This document shows, piece by piece, positions 38,882 to 49,462 of a stretch of DNA of 59,882 nt. The DNA is from a virus (taxonomy: Duplodnaviria; Caudoviricetes). The notes beneath the pieces were generated by a model that worked only from the letters and a program-made list of their open reading frames with translations, was not told where the DNA came from and did no database searches. The stretch is from positions 1 to 59,882 of the IMG/VR virus record IMGVR_UViG_3300026519_000015. One strand, given 5' to 3'. The position numbers were made by a program, and so were the translations under genes. Numbering within the stretch: position 1 is the first letter of the stretch; each line of letters begins with the position of its first letter.

Positions 38882-39337
38882 ATGGAAACCCCACCCCCCG
38901 GATGGTTTGAAGTTAACAGCATAGACCAGGATAACTTACTATATCACCTGGAAAAAACCGCAGCACAGGAAGCGTGGCTGGGAGAAAAGATTGCGGAAGT
39001 AGACCGGGAGCTTCAGCTCCTGAAGCTACGTGTCCGGGATCTGGAACTCAAATTATTCCTGGAGTACAAGAGTGCACCAATAAAAAAAGAAACCGCGAAA
39101 CGCGGATTGATAGAAGTCGATGCTTCCGACGAGGTAGCGAAAGCAATGGCTGCCACCAGCCCGGATGTCATCCAGATGAAAGAGTTGGCGATCCAGGCAC
39201 AAACGAAACGAGATACCCTCCGGGGATACCGCGATGCGTTTGAGACCAAGAAAAGCTTCATAGCCTGCTTAGCCGGCTTGATGCGTGATGAAAAGAAAAC
39301 ATTGGGAGGCAATCCATGGGTTTTAACAGAGCAGTAG
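38882..39337 (+). CDS. UvsY-like recombination mediator (putative)
   Basis: All-helical, 151 aa, DAFETKKSFI C-terminus; precedes SSB and RecA. Confidence 0.45.
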   Translation: METPPPGWFEVNSIDQDNLLYHLEKTAAQEAWLGEKIAEVDRELQLLKLRVRDLELKLFLEYKSAPIKKETAKRGLIEVDASDEVAKAMAATSPDVIQMKELAIQAQTKRDTLRGYRDAFETKKSFIACLAGLMRDEKKTLGGNPWVLTEQ

Positions 39338-40269
39338 TAAAGCAAAGACGGGCCTTAAAAGACCAACAGGCTCGAGCACAGGCACGTGCCAACAGGGGCG
39401 CCCGAATGCCCTTTATCCAACCGAAAGAACTGATTGACGGGGCATTCCGGATCCGGTTATGGCCTACTCACGAAAAGAATCCACACGGGTTTCTATATTA
39501 TGCGAGTCACGCGTACCTTCACGGCTACGGTTCCCCGGACAAAACTATCGCCCAATGCCCCCGTTCGAATAACTGGGACCCCCTTCCGTATATGGAGGAT
39601 GAACACGGAGATCCGATCTATAAAGAACGGTGCCTGGCGTGCGAGATCCGAGAATGGGTGTATGAACCGGAACTAGACACAGCCGGCAATATTGTCACAC
39701 CTCCGCTGTATGACCAATTCCCTGAGAGTCTCCAGAGTGTGTGCGATACCCTTATCGGGACCGGGTTTATGGCGCCGGCTAACTTTTACCCAGCAACCAT
39801 TAAGGCGAAGATCCATGCCCGGGAGAAACGGGAATCCGCTGCTGGTAAGGTGTACGAGGTTGTGACGTACGAACCTGACCCGGAAACCGAGATGTATATC
39901 ATCCTGAAGCTAGAGGACGGGAAGATCTATGAACGCCAATTGATGGACCTGATCGCGCAGTGCGAGGACCTGAATGACCCCATCACGGGCCGCTGGTTAA
40001 CGCTCACAAAGGCGAATGGGGGTAAGGGTCCCGGGGGTTATAACTGGAGCTATGACCCGCATCCTAGCCAGTTTGACAACTACGATTACAGTCAGGTAGC
40101 AGACTTCCGAAAATGGGGAGCTGGGAACCGGAGCAAACCGAGCCGTAGAATTCCCTTTGTGGAGCAAATAGCGCTTGTGGAAACAACCGATTGGGGAAAA
40201 GACCTCCAAAAGTTCGGAGTTCCGATCCGAGACGAAGACACACTGGACCCGGATGATATCCCGTTCTAA
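39316..40269 (+). CDS. Single-stranded DNA-binding protein (gp32-like)
   Basis: RIRLWP, H...C...CLAC, DPITGR.LTLTK, acidic tail DDIPF. Confidence 0.75.
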   Translation: MGFNRAVVKQRRALKDQQARAQARANRGARMPFIQPKELIDGAFRIRLWPTHEKNPHGFLYYASHAYLHGYGSPDKTIAQCPRSNNWDPLPYMEDEHGDPIYKERCLACEIREWVYEPELDTAGNIVTPPLYDQFPESLQSVCDTLIGTGFMAPANFYPATIKAKIHAREKRESAAGKVYEVVTYEPDPETEMYIILKLEDGKIYERQLMDLIAQCEDLNDPITGRWLTLTKANGGKGPGGYNWSYDPHPSQFDNYDYSQVADFRKWGAGNRSKPSRRIPFVEQIALVETTDWGKDLQKFGVPIRDEDTLDPDDIPF

Positions 40270-41276
40270 TGAGCACGAGTCGAGCTGATAGGTTGGGGGC
40301 GGAATTGGGGCGCAGGGTTCCGAAAAAACATTCCGCGTCTTATCAAATCACTACCCCCACAATCCCCTACTGGATCCCTACGGGTTCGGTCCTCCTGGAT
40401 ACCTATATCCGGGGGGGCCTGACCCCATCCGGGTTACCCTGTGGTAAATTCACCGAGTTCTTCGGGCCGGAGGCTTCCGGGAAAACCAGCACCTGGCTCC
40501 GGGTAGCGTCAGGGGTCCAGAGACGCGGGGGTATGGTGGTGGCGATTTGCCCGGAAGGGTTAGATGAACCGTACGCTAACCGCATACATTTCGTCGATAC
40601 ACAAGACCCGGATAAATGGATCTATATTGAACCCTACAGCCTCGAGGCTGCACTATCTGCTATCGAATCCGCGGTATATCAGTTCCACGATGCCGACTTC
40701 GAAACCCTGATTGTACTGGATAGTCTGTCAGTACTCCGAGCGAACGACCTGACTATGGATCATCAAGAGATCAATGCGACCGAAGCGGCTGCTGCTGAAG
40801 CTAAACTGCTCCATAAGTTCTTCCGTAGAGGAGTCTTGTACTATATGTCTGGGTCACGGGTATCGTGCTTAATGGTACGCCACCAGACCCAGAACCCCCG
40901 GCCCTATAGTCGGTCCGTCACGACACACGGTTCTGCATTAGATTTTCAAGCCTGGCTCCGGATCCGGTTCCGGAGAACCAAATTAGAATTTAACAAGAAG
41001 CAAACCGGTTGGTTCATTCATTTAGCGTGTGAAAAATCCAAGCTGGGACCAGACCTCTGGCGGTTATCGATCCCGCTGTATTTTGACGGAGGGTTTGACC
41101 CCGGGATGGAAGCGATCTGTTTCCTGCTGGACCGGAAGGTGGTGAAGACAGACCGGGCCGGCTACATAGTTATTGGTGACGAAAAACGGTGGGCGTCAAC
41201 TTGGCGGAAACTGTACCGCGAGAACGAGACAGTAAGAGACCAGATTGATGAAATGGTGAGGAACGAACTGAAGTGA
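40269..41276 (+). CDS. recA: RecA/UvsX recombinase
   Basis: IPTGS.LLD, GLP.GKFTEFFGPEASGKTS, IVLDSL, GSALDF.A. Confidence 0.92.
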   Translation: MSTSRADRLGAELGRRVPKKHSASYQITTPTIPYWIPTGSVLLDTYIRGGLTPSGLPCGKFTEFFGPEASGKTSTWLRVASGVQRRGGMVVAICPEGLDEPYANRIHFVDTQDPDKWIYIEPYSLEAALSAIESAVYQFHDADFETLIVLDSLSVLRANDLTMDHQEINATEAAAAEAKLLHKFFRRGVLYYMSGSRVSCLMVRHQTQNPRPYSRSVTTHGSALDFQAWLRIRFRRTKLEFNKKQTGWFIHLACEKSKLGPDLWRLSIPLYFDGGFDPGMEAICFLLDRKVVKTDRAGYIVIGDEKRWASTWRKLYRENETVRDQIDEMVRNELK

Positions 41277-42844
41277 AGACAACAGACTGGGAAAAAGCCG
41301 TCATATCCTGGTGTCTCCATAACCCGGATGACTTTGGATTCCTTGCAGATCGGATGAAGGAATTCCACTTCGGGGACCCTAGAGCAAAGATTGTGTGGAA
41401 ACCGCTCCTACAGGCTTACATAAAACACACTACATTTCCAACATTCTCCGAGTTAACCCAGATCCTGAATCAGGTGCAGACCGAAAAGGAACAATATACC
41501 CGGGCCCTCCTGGAGCAGTACCTGATTGAGGTATACCAAACCCCCCACACAGGTGTCACAGGAGACCGGGTAAAGGAATGGGTGGCTTCAAAAGAACTGT
41601 TCGACCTCGGGAACAAATTCATTGAGGTGTCGAGCACAGGGGTGACGGGGCACGAAGATGACCTGTACGGGTGGCAAGAACGTCTAGAATCAATTCAGTA
41701 TCTGGTTGGGAGGACAACCAAAGGCACAGTGTTCCGACCCCTGGACCTGGAGAGTATTGAGAACCTGGAGACCTGTATCGAACAGCATTACGGAGTGGAC
41801 CCGGTCCCGACTGGGATTTATAGACTAGACAAAAAACTCCGGGAGGGTGGGATTCGGGCACACCTGACAGTTATCTTTGGCCCTATCGGGACCGGTAAGA
41901 CCACTATCTCCCTGGGGATCGCAATGAATGTGATCCGGACCGGACGCCGAGTAGTCTACTTCTCACTCGACGACAACCCGGGGGAACTGACTGAACGTCA
42001 GTACAGTCATATGCTTAAGCGCCCCTTTTGCATCGATACAGAAGAAACCAACCAGACCCTGGAGGCAACTAAACAGGAACTCAAACACCTGATCGAAACT
42101 ACCTGGACCGGGGATTTTCACGGAGTCGAGCTGATGGCCGACACCACTACTCCCCACGAGATGGCTCGTGACCTTCTCAAGATGCAAAAAACTTTCTACG
42201 TCCAAGACCGAGAATCAGGGGAGGTTCCGGAATCCGAATGGGGGCAGATAGACCTTGTGGTGGTCGATACCGCCGACCAGGCTAAACCTCACAGGCATTA
42301 CCGATCTGAATGGTATGAACAAACAAAAGTATTCGAAGCCTTTAACGTGATCCCTAAGCGCCTGGGATGCCCTGTCCTGTTGAATGTGCAGGGTAACCAA
42401 CAATCTGTGGGTGCCGCACAACTAACGGAACGTAACCTCGGGGGCACCTATGGGAAGAACAAAGCTGCCAAACTGGTTCTGGGAATCGCCCAAACGTTTG
42501 CTCAAGTCCATAACCGAATCACCCTGGATCCTGGACACCCGGATATCCGAGATAATTTGGGGCGCTTACGGAACTACTGTCCGGAGCGTGACCGGGATAC
42601 TGAATGGGAGCGAGCCTGGATCTGTGTGGTAAAGAACACACGAGCCCGAGAAGGCGCGGGTGCTGTTCGGAGAGTCAAGATCCCGATCCTTATGAACCTG
42701 GCGACCTGTAGAGTTATTGATGATTTTACATTACCAGAGTCTGCAATCATGGTGGAACAACAAACCTTACGAGAGGAACAGGAGGTTGCGCGAGCGGGAG
42801 CCTCTGCGAGCCGACCGTCCGGTGGGAAGAGAGGACCGAAGTGA
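41273..42844 (+). CDS. dnaB: DnaB-like replicative helicase
   Basis: VPTGIYRLD, GPIGTGKT, VVYFSL, VVVDTAD, PVLLNVQ.N. Confidence 0.85.
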   Translation: MKTTDWEKAVISWCLHNPDDFGFLADRMKEFHFGDPRAKIVWKPLLQAYIKHTTFPTFSELTQILNQVQTEKEQYTRALLEQYLIEVYQTPHTGVTGDRVKEWVASKELFDLGNKFIEVSSTGVTGHEDDLYGWQERLESIQYLVGRTTKGTVFRPLDLESIENLETCIEQHYGVDPVPTGIYRLDKKLREGGIRAHLTVIFGPIGTGKTTISLGIAMNVIRTGRRVVYFSLDDNPGELTERQYSHMLKRPFCIDTEETNQTLEATKQELKHLIETTWTGDFHGVELMADTTTPHEMARDLLKMQKTFYVQDRESGEVPESEWGQIDLVVVDTADQAKPHRHYRSEWYEQTKVFEAFNVIPKRLGCPVLLNVQGNQQSVGAAQLTERNLGGTYGKNKAAKLVLGIAQTFAQVHNRITLDPGHPDIRDNLGRLRNYCPERDRDTEWERAWICVVKNTRAREGAGAVRRVKIPILMNLATCRVIDDFTLPESAIMVEQQTLREEQEVARAGASASRPSGGKRGPK

Positions 42845-43083
42845 TGGAAACAATCTATATCTACCCCATAGACAATAACCTGGAACAATGGCGTATCAAA
42901 ACCGATTACTCCCCGGAATTCAAAGCCGGGATGCGTCAGATACCGAGTGAAGACCGGTACTGGGATGCAACAAACCAATGGTGGGTATTCTCAGATTCCT
43001 GGTTAGAACACGTAGAGCAGAAAGTAGTGGAAGTCTGGCCGGCTACGAATATTGTGGTGGTGGAAGAATGTCCCGAGGATTAG
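42841..43083 (+). CDS. Small HARP-like protein
   Basis: YSPEF...RQIP...RYWD..NQWWVF. Confidence 0.5.
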   Translation: MMETIYIYPIDNNLEQWRIKTDYSPEFKAGMRQIPSEDRYWDATNQWWVFSDSWLEHVEQKVVEVWPATNIVVVEECPED

Positions 43084-43835
43084 CGTTACCTACCGGGGGT
43101 CGCCGGTCAGGGAACGAAACCGTCTGGGATTGCCCTGCCTGCGGGGGAGTGCAAAAATTCTGGTTCAATACCCGGAACCACAAAGGTATCTGCTACCGAT
43201 GCAACACCCGGGTGGGAAACCATAAGTCCTTACTACGCTTATTCCGGAATCCCCCGACTGTTACGGTTGATATCGGTGACTACCCAAAGAAAATCGGGTA
43301 TATAGCGGATTCGGCCCACAGCGAACGCACTGCGGATGTGGAAGCTTACCTACGGAGCAGGGGTGTAAATACCCAGCTGGCTAACCAGATCCCGATCCGG
43401 CAACAGGGGAAACGGATTCTGTTCCCGGTATCCTGCCCTATGGGGCGACCGGATGAATGGATCTGGCGCCGGCTAGACCACGGATCCTGGATGGGACCCA
43501 AATACCCGAAAGGCTTGTACTGGTTTGGGCAGTGTGCCACGAAACACCCGGTGTTGGTCGAGGGTGTGTTTGACCTCCTGACTCCCGGGTTATGGGGACA
43601 CGGGTGGGCCTTACTGGGGACCAACTTAAGTGCACATTTAGAGTGTTGGCTCGCGGGACAAGACTTTGAAACCATAACGATTTGGTTCGACAACGACCCC
43701 CCGGGACGCCGGCGGGCTCAGCAACTCAAGAAACGCCTGAATGCCTGGATCGATACCCGAACCGTATTTGGGAAACCAGACACAGACCCGGGGAACTACA
43801 GCCCGGAGGAAGCAAAGAAGGTGCTGGGATGGTAA
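43068..43835 (+). CDS. DNA primase (Zn finger plus TOPRIM)
   Basis: CPAC...CYRC; VLVEGVFD; WFDND..G. Confidence 0.88.
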   Translation: MSRGLALPTGGRRSGNETVWDCPACGGVQKFWFNTRNHKGICYRCNTRVGNHKSLLRLFRNPPTVTVDIGDYPKKIGYIADSAHSERTADVEAYLRSRGVNTQLANQIPIRQQGKRILFPVSCPMGRPDEWIWRRLDHGSWMGPKYPKGLYWFGQCATKHPVLVEGVFDLLTPGLWGHGWALLGTNLSAHLECWLAGQDFETITIWFDNDPPGRRRAQQLKKRLNAWIDTRTVFGKPDTDPGNYSPEEAKKVLGW

Positions 43836-44869
43836 AATTCCTGCTGACTGCCGACCTGCACGGTTCCGACCGGACAGATGAAGAACTGCATTGGTCTCTT
43901 CACGTCTGGGACCACCTGCTCACCACAGGCCGGAAACTCAAGGTGGATGCAGTCATCATTACTGGTGATATTATCCATTACAAATACGGTCTGAGCGCCC
44001 GGCTCCTACTCCATATCTCCCGGATGCTCCAGGATTACCCTAAACCTGTCATTATTCTCCCGGGTAACCACGATATTCCCTGGCCTACCAGCCCGGAAGA
44101 CACGGTGCTGGAACTGATAGCCGGCGCCAAAGTTCTAACTAAACCCTTCTTATGGGTGCTGGAGGAGGCTATTCTGGCATTCATGCCCTGGAGACCCCCG
44201 GATTCCTACCAGGATTTACTGCACCAATTGACTCTGGAGGCTATGAAGTTAGGAGCCGGACGTAACAAAAAAGCCTTCCTGTTCTCACACGTAGCTCTAC
44301 ACGAAGGCCACGTTAGCTCTAGCAACATCCGGATCACCACACCTATCAGAGCACACCATTTATACCTAGACACCTATGACCACGTGTTCCTGGGGGATTA
44401 TCACGCACGCCAACAGATTAAGAACATCACCTATATCGGAGCACCAAGGCCCCGGACACATGGAGACTACGATAACAAAGGCTTCATGACCCTCACGATC
44501 CCGGATTCCGGGGCCTGGACAGTCGGCTCTGTAGATCCTCACCCTGAATGGCCACAATACATTACCCGAAGGGTTCAGTGTGAATCAGACTTCCCGTTAC
44601 CCAAAGGGAGGCCGCAAGATAAGATCCGGGTCTATGCACCCCTGGAGATGATGCGCTGGGTCCAGGAAACCTACCCGAACTATAAGGTCCAGGTTCTGGA
44701 GGGTGTGAAGATAAAACAATCCGATAACCGCCTCGGAGATATAGAATCCCTGGACCCCTGGAATATTTTTACTCGCTGGCTCAAAATCCGAGGGTATACC
44801 AGCAAAATATACCAACAATTAGGGAGGCAATACATTGAAGAGATACCGGAAAAGACGAGTAAAGTTTAA
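43829..44869 (+). CDS. SbcD/Mre11-like metallophosphoesterase nuclease
   Basis: ADLH, TGDIIH, GNHD, FSH, GDYH. Confidence 0.9.
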   Translation: MVKFLLTADLHGSDRTDEELHWSLHVWDHLLTTGRKLKVDAVIITGDIIHYKYGLSARLLLHISRMLQDYPKPVIILPGNHDIPWPTSPEDTVLELIAGAKVLTKPFLWVLEEAILAFMPWRPPDSYQDLLHQLTLEAMKLGAGRNKKAFLFSHVALHEGHVSSSNIRITTPIRAHHLYLDTYDHVFLGDYHARQQIKNITYIGAPRPRTHGDYDNKGFMTLTIPDSGAWTVGSVDPHPEWPQYITRRVQCESDFPLPKGRPQDKIRVYAPLEMMRWVQETYPNYKVQVLEGVKIKQSDNRLGDIESLDPWNIFTRWLKIRGYTSKIYQQLGRQYIEEIPEKTSKV

Positions 44870-45212
44870 GCCCAATAAGACCAACATGCCTTACTGCTCG
44901 GGATCCGGAATCCTGGTAGCGGATATTGACTGCAGAAAAGTAAAGGAACCCCCGTACAGACCTGGTGATGTATACCCCTGTCCGGAATGCGGGGACCTGG
45001 TGGTGCTGTCGGGTGAAACCCATTACCCCAAAAAAGCGAAACTCCCGTCCCATAAACCCCGGGATACGGAACTAATCCTCCGGGTACCGACCAGACTACT
45101 CCCGGACCTGGAAGATGACTTCTGGCACCGTAAGACTATAACCGGGTTTCAGATCCAAAGGGCTGAGGACCATTCTGCGACAGTGGAGATAAGGTTATCA
45201 AGATGCGACTAA
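44835..45212 (+). CDS. Zn-ribbon hypothetical protein
   Basis: CSGSG...CPECG...H. Confidence 0.55.
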   Translation: MKRYRKRRVKFKPNKTNMPYCSGSGILVADIDCRKVKEPPYRPGDVYPCPECGDLVVLSGETHYPKKAKLPSHKPRDTELILRVPTRLLPDLEDDFWHRKTITGFQIQRAEDHSATVEIRLSRCD

Positions 45213-46933
45213 GTGCACTCACAATACAGAATTGGATGAGTTGGGCCGGGAAACACCAATGGGATCCAGGAGTCGGGCTCGTGGTGATTAACGGCGACAA
45301 CCGTGACACAAGCCCCCCGCAGTCAAACGGAGCTGGAAAGTCCGCATTGTTTTACGCTATCGTGTGGGGCCTGTGGGGAAAACTTCCAAGGAAACATAAG
45401 AAAGATGACCTTATCACTAACGGTTATAAGAAATGCAGCGTTCATTTGGTACTTGAGAGCAAGGACACAGTGCTGGAGATTACTCGCACGAAACAAAAAA
45501 CATTAGGTGAGAAACTCGAATTCAAAATCGGGGACAAAGTTGTTGCCGGCGACCTCCTGAATACTCAAATCGCCCTTGAGGAATGGTTCCATATCAGTTT
45601 TGAAACGTTCTGCAACGTAATCTATATCGGGAGAGAATCCGCTTCGGCCCGTTTCTTTGAAGCCAGTCCGACCCAACGGATGGCTATCCTGAGCGAGCTC
45701 ATAGAGGACACGGTCTTCCGGGAAGCCGGAAAGCGTGTCGGAAAAGATATCACTAAACTGGTTCGGGAAAACGACAAAGACACAGCCTCAATCAGTAGCT
45801 TGCAACAAGTCGTAGACCGCTTGAGTAAAGAGGCAGTCGAGGTTAACCGGAAACTACACCACGAACGAAAACAACAACAAGCCGAAGTTCACGAAAAAGC
45901 ACACCAGATCGCGGAACTCGAGAAGCAACAAATCGAGATCCAGAAACGCATCCGGGATTGCCCTGAAGGCGACGAATCCGCTCTCCGGGAAGAAGTAGCG
46001 ATCCGTTCGACTAAGATTCGGGAACTCCAGAACCAAAGCGCTATCCTGTCCCACCAGGTTCGGACAACCACCTTACCGCCCGGGAGTAAATGCAGCACCT
46101 GTGGACAAACCGTGACAGAGGAATTTGTCGCAGGGATCCGGCAGAAACAACAAGCAGCTCGAGACGAACTCCGAAAGATCAACAATACCCTGACCGACCT
46201 CCAGGCCGAGCATACCCAGTACCAGGAGGAACTCAATAAGATCCTCCGGTGGCATCAACAAAAAGAAAAGTACCGACAACAAATGGAAGACCTGAATGCC
46301 CGGATATATCAGGTCAGAGAAGCCGCATACAGCCGGGCTGTCGAGTACCTGGAGGAAAACCTGAAGCAGATAGAGGAGAATATCAATAATCTCCACACCC
46401 AAATAGCAGATCTAAAACGTTCGATAAGCCAACGCAACAAACACCTTCCAGTCCTGAAAGCCCTGCAGGCCGGGTTCAACCGAGAGATCCGGAACATGCT
46501 CCTGGATGAAGTGAGACAGGTCCTCACACACTACACGAACCGCTACACCCCCTATATGGCGGGTTCCGAATTCTCCATCACCTACCCACCCCAAACCAAC
46601 ACAGGCCGGGAAACCTTCGATATCGTGGTTAAACGGGGCCCTGAGGAGGTGGGGCTCCCGTCAGGTGGTGAACGCTACCGGATCTCAATCGCCTGCCTCC
46701 TGGCTCTCCGACAAGCCCTACAGTTCGGACGCACCTGCCCCTTCGACTTCCTCCTACTAGACGATCCTGTGGGGGAACTAGACGACCCCGGGTGCCATGC
46801 CCTCTCATTACTCCTGAGAGACCTGAATCCCGACATCCAGACCATCATGATGACTGTCCCCCGGGAAATGAAGCTGGAAGGCCACAGGGACGTATTAGTG
46901 GTTAAACAGGAGGGTAAATCCAGAATTGGGTAG
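45203..46933 (+). CDS. SbcC/Rad50-like ATPase
   Basis: NGAGKS, coiled coil with CSTCGQ hook, SGGE, LLLDDP. Confidence 0.92.
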   Translation: MRLSALTIQNWMSWAGKHQWDPGVGLVVINGDNRDTSPPQSNGAGKSALFYAIVWGLWGKLPRKHKKDDLITNGYKKCSVHLVLESKDTVLEITRTKQKTLGEKLEFKIGDKVVAGDLLNTQIALEEWFHISFETFCNVIYIGRESASARFFEASPTQRMAILSELIEDTVFREAGKRVGKDITKLVRENDKDTASISSLQQVVDRLSKEAVEVNRKLHHERKQQQAEVHEKAHQIAELEKQQIEIQKRIRDCPEGDESALREEVAIRSTKIRELQNQSAILSHQVRTTTLPPGSKCSTCGQTVTEEFVAGIRQKQQAARDELRKINNTLTDLQAEHTQYQEELNKILRWHQQKEKYRQQMEDLNARIYQVREAAYSRAVEYLEENLKQIEENINNLHTQIADLKRSISQRNKHLPVLKALQAGFNREIRNMLLDEVRQVLTHYTNRYTPYMAGSEFSITYPPQTNTGRETFDIVVKRGPEEVGLPSGGERYRISIACLLALRQALQFGRTCPFDFLLLDDPVGELDDPGCHALSLLLRDLNPDIQTIMMTVPREMKLEGHRDVLVVKQEGKSRIG

Positions 46934-47651
46934 ACGACGTGCCAAAGTAGCACCACTAGCGGATGTGATCGAATGGACCATGGGGGATATTACTGCCAGG
47001 GAAATGCGAGACCCTGACTACATCAAACCCTTACCCAAACCGATCCACCTTGAGGTATGGGTCCCGGGGAATCCGAAACAGAAAAACCAGGGGTTCGCAC
47101 GAGTGAGTAAACGCGGGAATCCCTATATGACCACGGATAAAAAAACAATCCAGGCAGAAGCCAATATCCGTCAGGTATTTATCGATACCATGTGCCGCGA
47201 CTACCCGCACCTGATACCCTACTTACCTATCCGAAAAGGTGCTGCACGACTTCGCACAATATTCCTCATGAGTCCCCCTGAGAAAGCCTGGTTCCAGGGG
47301 AAACAACACACGAAGCGTCCCGACTGGAGTAATTTATATAAGCTCGTAGAGGATGCGCTAGCGGGTAGGCAAGCCCGGATGCCCCCGCTCCTGTATGTGG
47401 ATGATTGCCTTGTGGAGGGTGGTTCCGGTCTTAAGGTATACTGGGATCCCCACATGATCCATGTCCCCGGTTACCCCCAGCAGCCCGGAACCCAAATCTT
47501 TATTGACCTGTACCCAGAAGTACGAGACCCACGACTTCCCCCAGCTGGGTTACGACAATGCAAACGGTGCGGGCGTGACGACTTTAAGACTGACGGGGGG
47601 CTACGAAGACACGAACAATACTGTAAAGACGGAAGAAAGAAGGTAGAGTAA
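46926..47651 (+). CDS. rusA: RusA-family Holliday junction resolvase with a C-terminal Zn finger
   Basis: VPGNPKQK, KRPDWSNLYKLVEDAL, YVDD; CKRC...H..YC. Confidence 0.85.
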   Translation: MGRRRAKVAPLADVIEWTMGDITAREMRDPDYIKPLPKPIHLEVWVPGNPKQKNQGFARVSKRGNPYMTTDKKTIQAEANIRQVFIDTMCRDYPHLIPYLPIRKGAARLRTIFLMSPPEKAWFQGKQHTKRPDWSNLYKLVEDALAGRQARMPPLLYVDDCLVEGGSGLKVYWDPHMIHVPGYPQQPGTQIFIDLYPEVRDPRLPPAGLRQCKRCGRDDFKTDGGLRRHEQYCKDGRKKVE

Positions 47652-47654
47652 ATT

Positions 47655-47858
47655 ATGGGTAGTAGGGATTGGCAGAACAGAGACACACGGCAAGTGAGTA
47701 TGTTACTGGAGATCGACAACATCCTCTTTCTAGACGACCTGAAATACCGGATGCACCTGAGCCGTAACCGTGTGATGAATCACCTTGTGGCCCGGGTCCG
47801 GTGGCTAGAGAAAGAGCACCCAGAGGTATTCCAAACCCTATTGGGGAAAATGTTCTAA
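47655..47858 (+). CDS. Ribbon-helix-helix-like protein
   Basis: RQVSMLL...FLDDL...LSRNRVMNHLV. Confidence 0.55.
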   Translation: MGSRDWQNRDTRQVSMLLEIDNILFLDDLKYRMHLSRNRVMNHLVARVRWLEKEHPEVFQTLLGKMF

Positions 47859-47861
47859 AGC

Positions 47862-47887
47862 GAGAAACCCGGGTACACCGGGTTCTC
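47862..47887. terminator. Hairpin at the convergence of the two transcription arms
   Basis: aacccgg-gtaca-ccgggtt. Confidence 0.5.
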
Positions 47888-47945
47888 AGGTTGTGCGATT
47901 GGCACCATTATGGTATTCTAGCGATAGGATCGTATGGATCTGCTA

Positions 47946-48125
47946 TTACCGGTACCGCCCCCTCTTTAGGGGGTGTTGTTTTTTCTTGCGGGCTTCCGAG
48001 AGAGCGATCGCGATCGCTTGTTTACGTGACGTGACTTTCTTCCCGGAGGAACTCTTAAGCTTCTTCTTTTTGAACTCACGCATCACTTTTGCAATTTTTT
48101 TCTTGTTTTGGGGTGTTTTAGCCAT
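47946..48125 (-). CDS. Small basic protein, DUF6496-like, 59 aa
   Basis: KIAKVMREFK...LKSSSGKKVTSRKQAIAIALSEAR; not in the track. Confidence 0.75.
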   Translation of the reverse strand: MAKTPQNKKKIAKVMREFKKKKLKSSSGKKVTSRKQAIAIALSEARKKKQHPLKRGRYR

Positions 48126-48127
48126 AG

Positions 48128-49444
48128 TTATCCCAATCTCTCAAGCTCAAAAAAACCAACTGTGTTACTGATAGATCCAGACCCCCAGATACGAGCCCAA
48201 TAATACGTAGTCCCAGGAGTAACGACATCTATTACTCCTGTTACCAGATTCAGGTATGTGACACTGGAAGCAGTCATGTCGATATTCGCAACTGTAAAAC
48301 CGTCATCTGAGGCTCCCACGGCATATGCACTAGCCCGAATATCTACCCCCAAAATAACTCCCGTAGTTACGGAAACAAATAACCGCAACCTTACATAGTT
48401 ATCCCCCGATATACTGGTGATTCGTTCTGCGTTAGTGAGGGAAAATCGACCCGCGGTATCATTTACCGCACTACCCCATGTGATGTTGGAAGGGGTACCC
48501 CCGATTGTCGCAGAAGCCGACTTTAGTCGGGTGTAATGGTCACTGGAGGTTATGTACCCACCACCACTGACATTCGATAAAGTATACTCACTATTCGTAT
48601 TATCCCACGTGACAGAATAACCGTCTTCGCCAGCACCGGGTGTTCCGACATTCACATCAGATAGGTCATTAAGAGCATGGGTGTGGCTTGAGGTGGCTAA
48701 AGAAGCTTCCGCTGCTGTTTGGTTAATCCATTCCCCGGATGCTGTGTCATACGCCAATACCTCATTATCCGCTACTCCAGTGATCGTGACATCAGATAAA
48801 TCATTAAGAGCATGTGTATGTCCAGCAGCAGCTAAACCAGCCTCAGAAGCAGTCTGGTTAATCCATTCACCAGTAGCTGTATCATAAGCCAACACTTCAT
48901 TATCAGCCACAGGACCAGTGATAGTGACATCAGATATATCATTAAGAGTAGAACTACTGGATAAAAGACCCGCTACTGTCGCCTGGTCCACATCCACCCA
49001 TTGCCCGGAAGCAGCATCGTACAAAAGAAAATCATTATCCTGCAGGGGTCCTGTAAGAGTGACATCTCCAAGGTCATTCAGGTTCCAAACATCCCATGAG
49101 GATCCATCATAATGATAATACAGATCCTCATCCTCGACCCAAACAATCCAACCCTCGGTCGGGACATAAAACTCCCAGACACCCTGCGCAGCATTCCAGA
49201 CCGCAATCTCATCCTCATGAAGGGCCCAATCGCCACCCGCAACCGCAGTCACAAGATACGCATCCCCGTCAGCAGGAGACCCCGGAGGAGTATTGAGACG
49301 GTCGATTACTGAAAAAATAGACGACACCGATATGGTGCCGGGTTCTGATAAATCTACAGGTTTCCCTGAAGGCGACGTGGTGCGGCCATGAAGACCAACT
49401 GTCTGCTTCCGCTCCCCTAATTGTCCCCAACGATTGCGATACAT
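48128..49444 (-). CDS. Tail fibre / receptor-binding protein (DUF2793-like domain plus repeats)
   Basis: TPPGSPADGDAYLV...W...P.EGW; four LND(L/I)xDV repeats with LxYD...W and HTHA. Confidence 0.8.
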   Translation of the reverse strand: MYRNRWGQLGERKQTVGLHGRTTSPSGKPVDLSEPGTISVSSIFSVIDRLNTPPGSPADGDAYLVTAVAGGDWALHEDEIAVWNAAQGVWEFYVPTEGWIVWVEDEDLYYHYDGSSWDVWNLNDLGDVTLTGPLQDNDFLLYDAASGQWVDVDQATVAGLLSSSSTLNDISDVTITGPVADNEVLAYDTATGEWINQTASEAGLAAAGHTHALNDLSDVTITGVADNEVLAYDTASGEWINQTAAEASLATSSHTHALNDLSDVNVGTPGAGEDGYSVTWDNTNSEYTLSNVSGGGYITSSDHYTRLKSASATIGGTPSNITWGSAVNDTAGRFSLTNAERITSISGDNYVRLRLFVSVTTGVILGVDIRASAYAVGASDDGFTVANIDMTASSVTYLNLVTGVIDVVTPGTTYYWARIWGSGSISNTVGFFELERLG

Positions 49445-49462
49445 TTACCGAACCCCAGCAGT

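Noticed and set aside
48600-49100. Possible diversity-generating retroelement TR/VR pair in the tail fibre
   Set aside because: The repeats are in-frame protein repeats, and no reverse transcriptase is visible in the genome
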